Source: Candidatus Daviesbacteria bacterium (lineage in GTDB: Bacteria; Patescibacteriota; Microgenomatia; Daviesbacterales; UBA10151). From it: a stretch of 64,000 bases of DNA. A program made the position numbers and the translations under genes. The stretch covers positions 225,595-289,594 of the forward strand of contig JACPKP010000009.1 of NCBI GenBank assembly GCA_016186955.1. The letters are read 5' to 3'. Positions 63,193 to 64,000 of the stretch are shown in pieces; the stretch's first letter is position 1; each line of letters opens with the position of its first letter. The notes under the pieces were generated by a model, which searched no databases, was not told where the DNA came from, and saw only the letters and a program-made list of their open reading frames with translations.

Positions 63193-64000
63193 AAAGTTTC
63201 ATACTGCCTTGTTGGTACAAAATTTGTTTATTTTGCATATTAGGTAGCTGGTATATTTCCTCCAGTGGAGATGCACTCATAAGATGATGCTCACAATGTC
63301 CCTGCAGAACAGACCTTTCATTATAAACGTTTACTTCACCGGCATTACTGTAAAACAAAACTGCCTCTCCAGGCATATCATATATCCATAAGCAGTTTTT
63401 TCCGGGTAAACTTTTATAAAATAGTGCGACCGGTTTTGTATTCCAGTGGTAGGGAACAATTTTGGGAAACCTGAGATAAAAAGCAAATAGGCTCAGAAAA
63501 AGCCCTAAACATAAAAGCGTAATAGGTTTTTTAGAGGGGATATTCCAAATTAAAACAAAAAACCCTAAAAATGTCACGACAAAACCATAAATTAACCCGA
63601 TTGTATTAGTTGTTTCCAAAAATACCGGGATTGCAGCCAGGATAATAATCAGTGATAAGCGGGTTAATCTGTTTCGCTGTTTTAAATAATCAGCGGTAGA
63701 GAGATAAATATATACAGAAATTATTGGAACTAGGGGTAGGACATACCACCAAATCTTACTGGAAGGCAATGAAAAAGCGATTAGCCCTCCAAAAAGGTAA
63801 GAAAGCAGTGCGCCCCTGATCCAGCTAATCTTAAAATTTACAGAATCATAAATTAGTAAGGCAAGAAACAGACTCCACCCCGGGCGCAGTGATTCCCACC
63901 ACCATCTGATATACCAGAATATTGGCGCTTTTTGATGGATATCAATTATTGAGGCAGAGCTGAGGGCAAAGCCTGATGATACTAAAATGACGTTGGCAAA
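63182..64000 (-). CDS. Polytopic membrane protein (5' end beyond the window), putative GT-C/polymerase-like
   Basis: The track ORF 63182..63769 starts at a TTG, but the reading frame stays open upstream to the window edge (...FANVILVSSGFALSSASIIDIHQKAPIFWYIRWWWESLRPGW...). It is hydrophobic throughout. Confidence 0.4.
   Translation of the reverse strand, partial: FANVILVSSGFALSSASIIDIHQKAPIFWYIRWWWESLRPGWSLFLALLIYDSVNFKISWIRGALLSYLFGGLIAFSLPSSKIWWYVLPLVPIISVYIYLSTADYLKQRNRLTRLSLIIILAAIPVFLETTNTIGLIYGFVVTFLGFFVLIWNIPSKKPITLLCLGLFLSLFAFYLRFPKIVPYHWNTKPVALFYKSLPGKNCLWIYDMPGEAVLFYSNAGEVNVYNERSVLQGHCEHHLMSASPLEEIYQLPNMQNKQILYQQGSMKLFKL

Noticed and set aside
63182-63769. The track gives a 195-aa stand-alone membrane ORF with a TTG start.
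   Set aside because: The frame remains open upstream to the window edge with continuous hydrophobic sequence. It is the C-terminal part of a larger membrane protein truncated by the window, not a small gene.
1-64000. I searched for tRNA, rRNA, CRISPR repeats, transposases, integrases and phage genes.
   Set aside because: I saw no direct-repeat arrays, no cloverleaf-like GC-rich segments standing out from the AT-rich background in intergenic gaps (all under 100 bp), and no recombinase or transposase motifs. The island shows no visible mobility signature within the window.

Overview
Throughout, Cj14xx names refer to the characterised C. jejuni MeOPN proteins. This window is AT-rich (about 35% GC by eye), very gene-dense and has no RNA genes, CRISPR arrays or mobile elements that I could detect. 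Almost all of it is one large glycan (capsule, S-layer glycan or protein-glycosylation) biosynthesis island. Genes commonly overlap by 1 to 4 nt and several use GTG or TTG starts, which would fit a small-genome uncultivated lineage such as Patescibacteria/CPR, but that is only a guess. I count about 14 GT-A/GT-B glycosyltransferases (GT2 and GT4) and at least 7 GT-C-type integral membrane proteins, including two tandem GT39/ArnT-PMT paralogues and a split GtrB-like polyprenyl-phosphate-sugar synthase with a DUF2304 partner. There are 7 SAM methyltransferases, a Wzm/Wzt ABC exporter and also a Wzx-type flippase. Nucleotide-sugar enzymes include Gmd, an Fcl-like reductase, several SDR epimerases/dehydratases, and HddA/HddC for GDP-D-glycero-D-manno-heptose. 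There are two DegT homologues with His in place of the PLP lysine, a Gfo/Idh/MocA oxidoreductase, UGM-like flavoenzymes and an O-acyltransferase. The most notable content is a 16-gene minus-strand operon (about 28.3 to 43.9 kb). It encodes the complete enzymatic logic of the Campylobacter jejuni O-methyl phosphoramidate (MeOPN) pathway. Those are a PEP-synthase/rifampin-phosphotransferase-like L-glutamine kinase homologue (Cj1418-like), a single polypeptide fusing the class-I amidotransferase hydrolase (Cj1417-like) to the CTP:phosphoglutamine cytidylyltransferase (Cj1416-like), an APS-kinase-like cytidine diphosphoramidate kinase homologue (Cj1415-like) and a SAM methyltransferase. Next to them sit a sulfotransferase-fold membrane protein that I propose as the transferase, and a CysQ/IMPase-like phosphatase nearby. 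The same operon carries an E1 alpha/beta TPP-dependent pair and heptose-activation genes. Other oddities are a UDP-glucose/GDP-mannose-dehydrogenase fused to a GDP-mannose-3,5-epimerase-like domain, a tandem GT4-GT4 fusion and a C-terminally truncated Ugd-like dehydrogenase. All functional calls come from motifs I recognised by eye, since no searches could be run.
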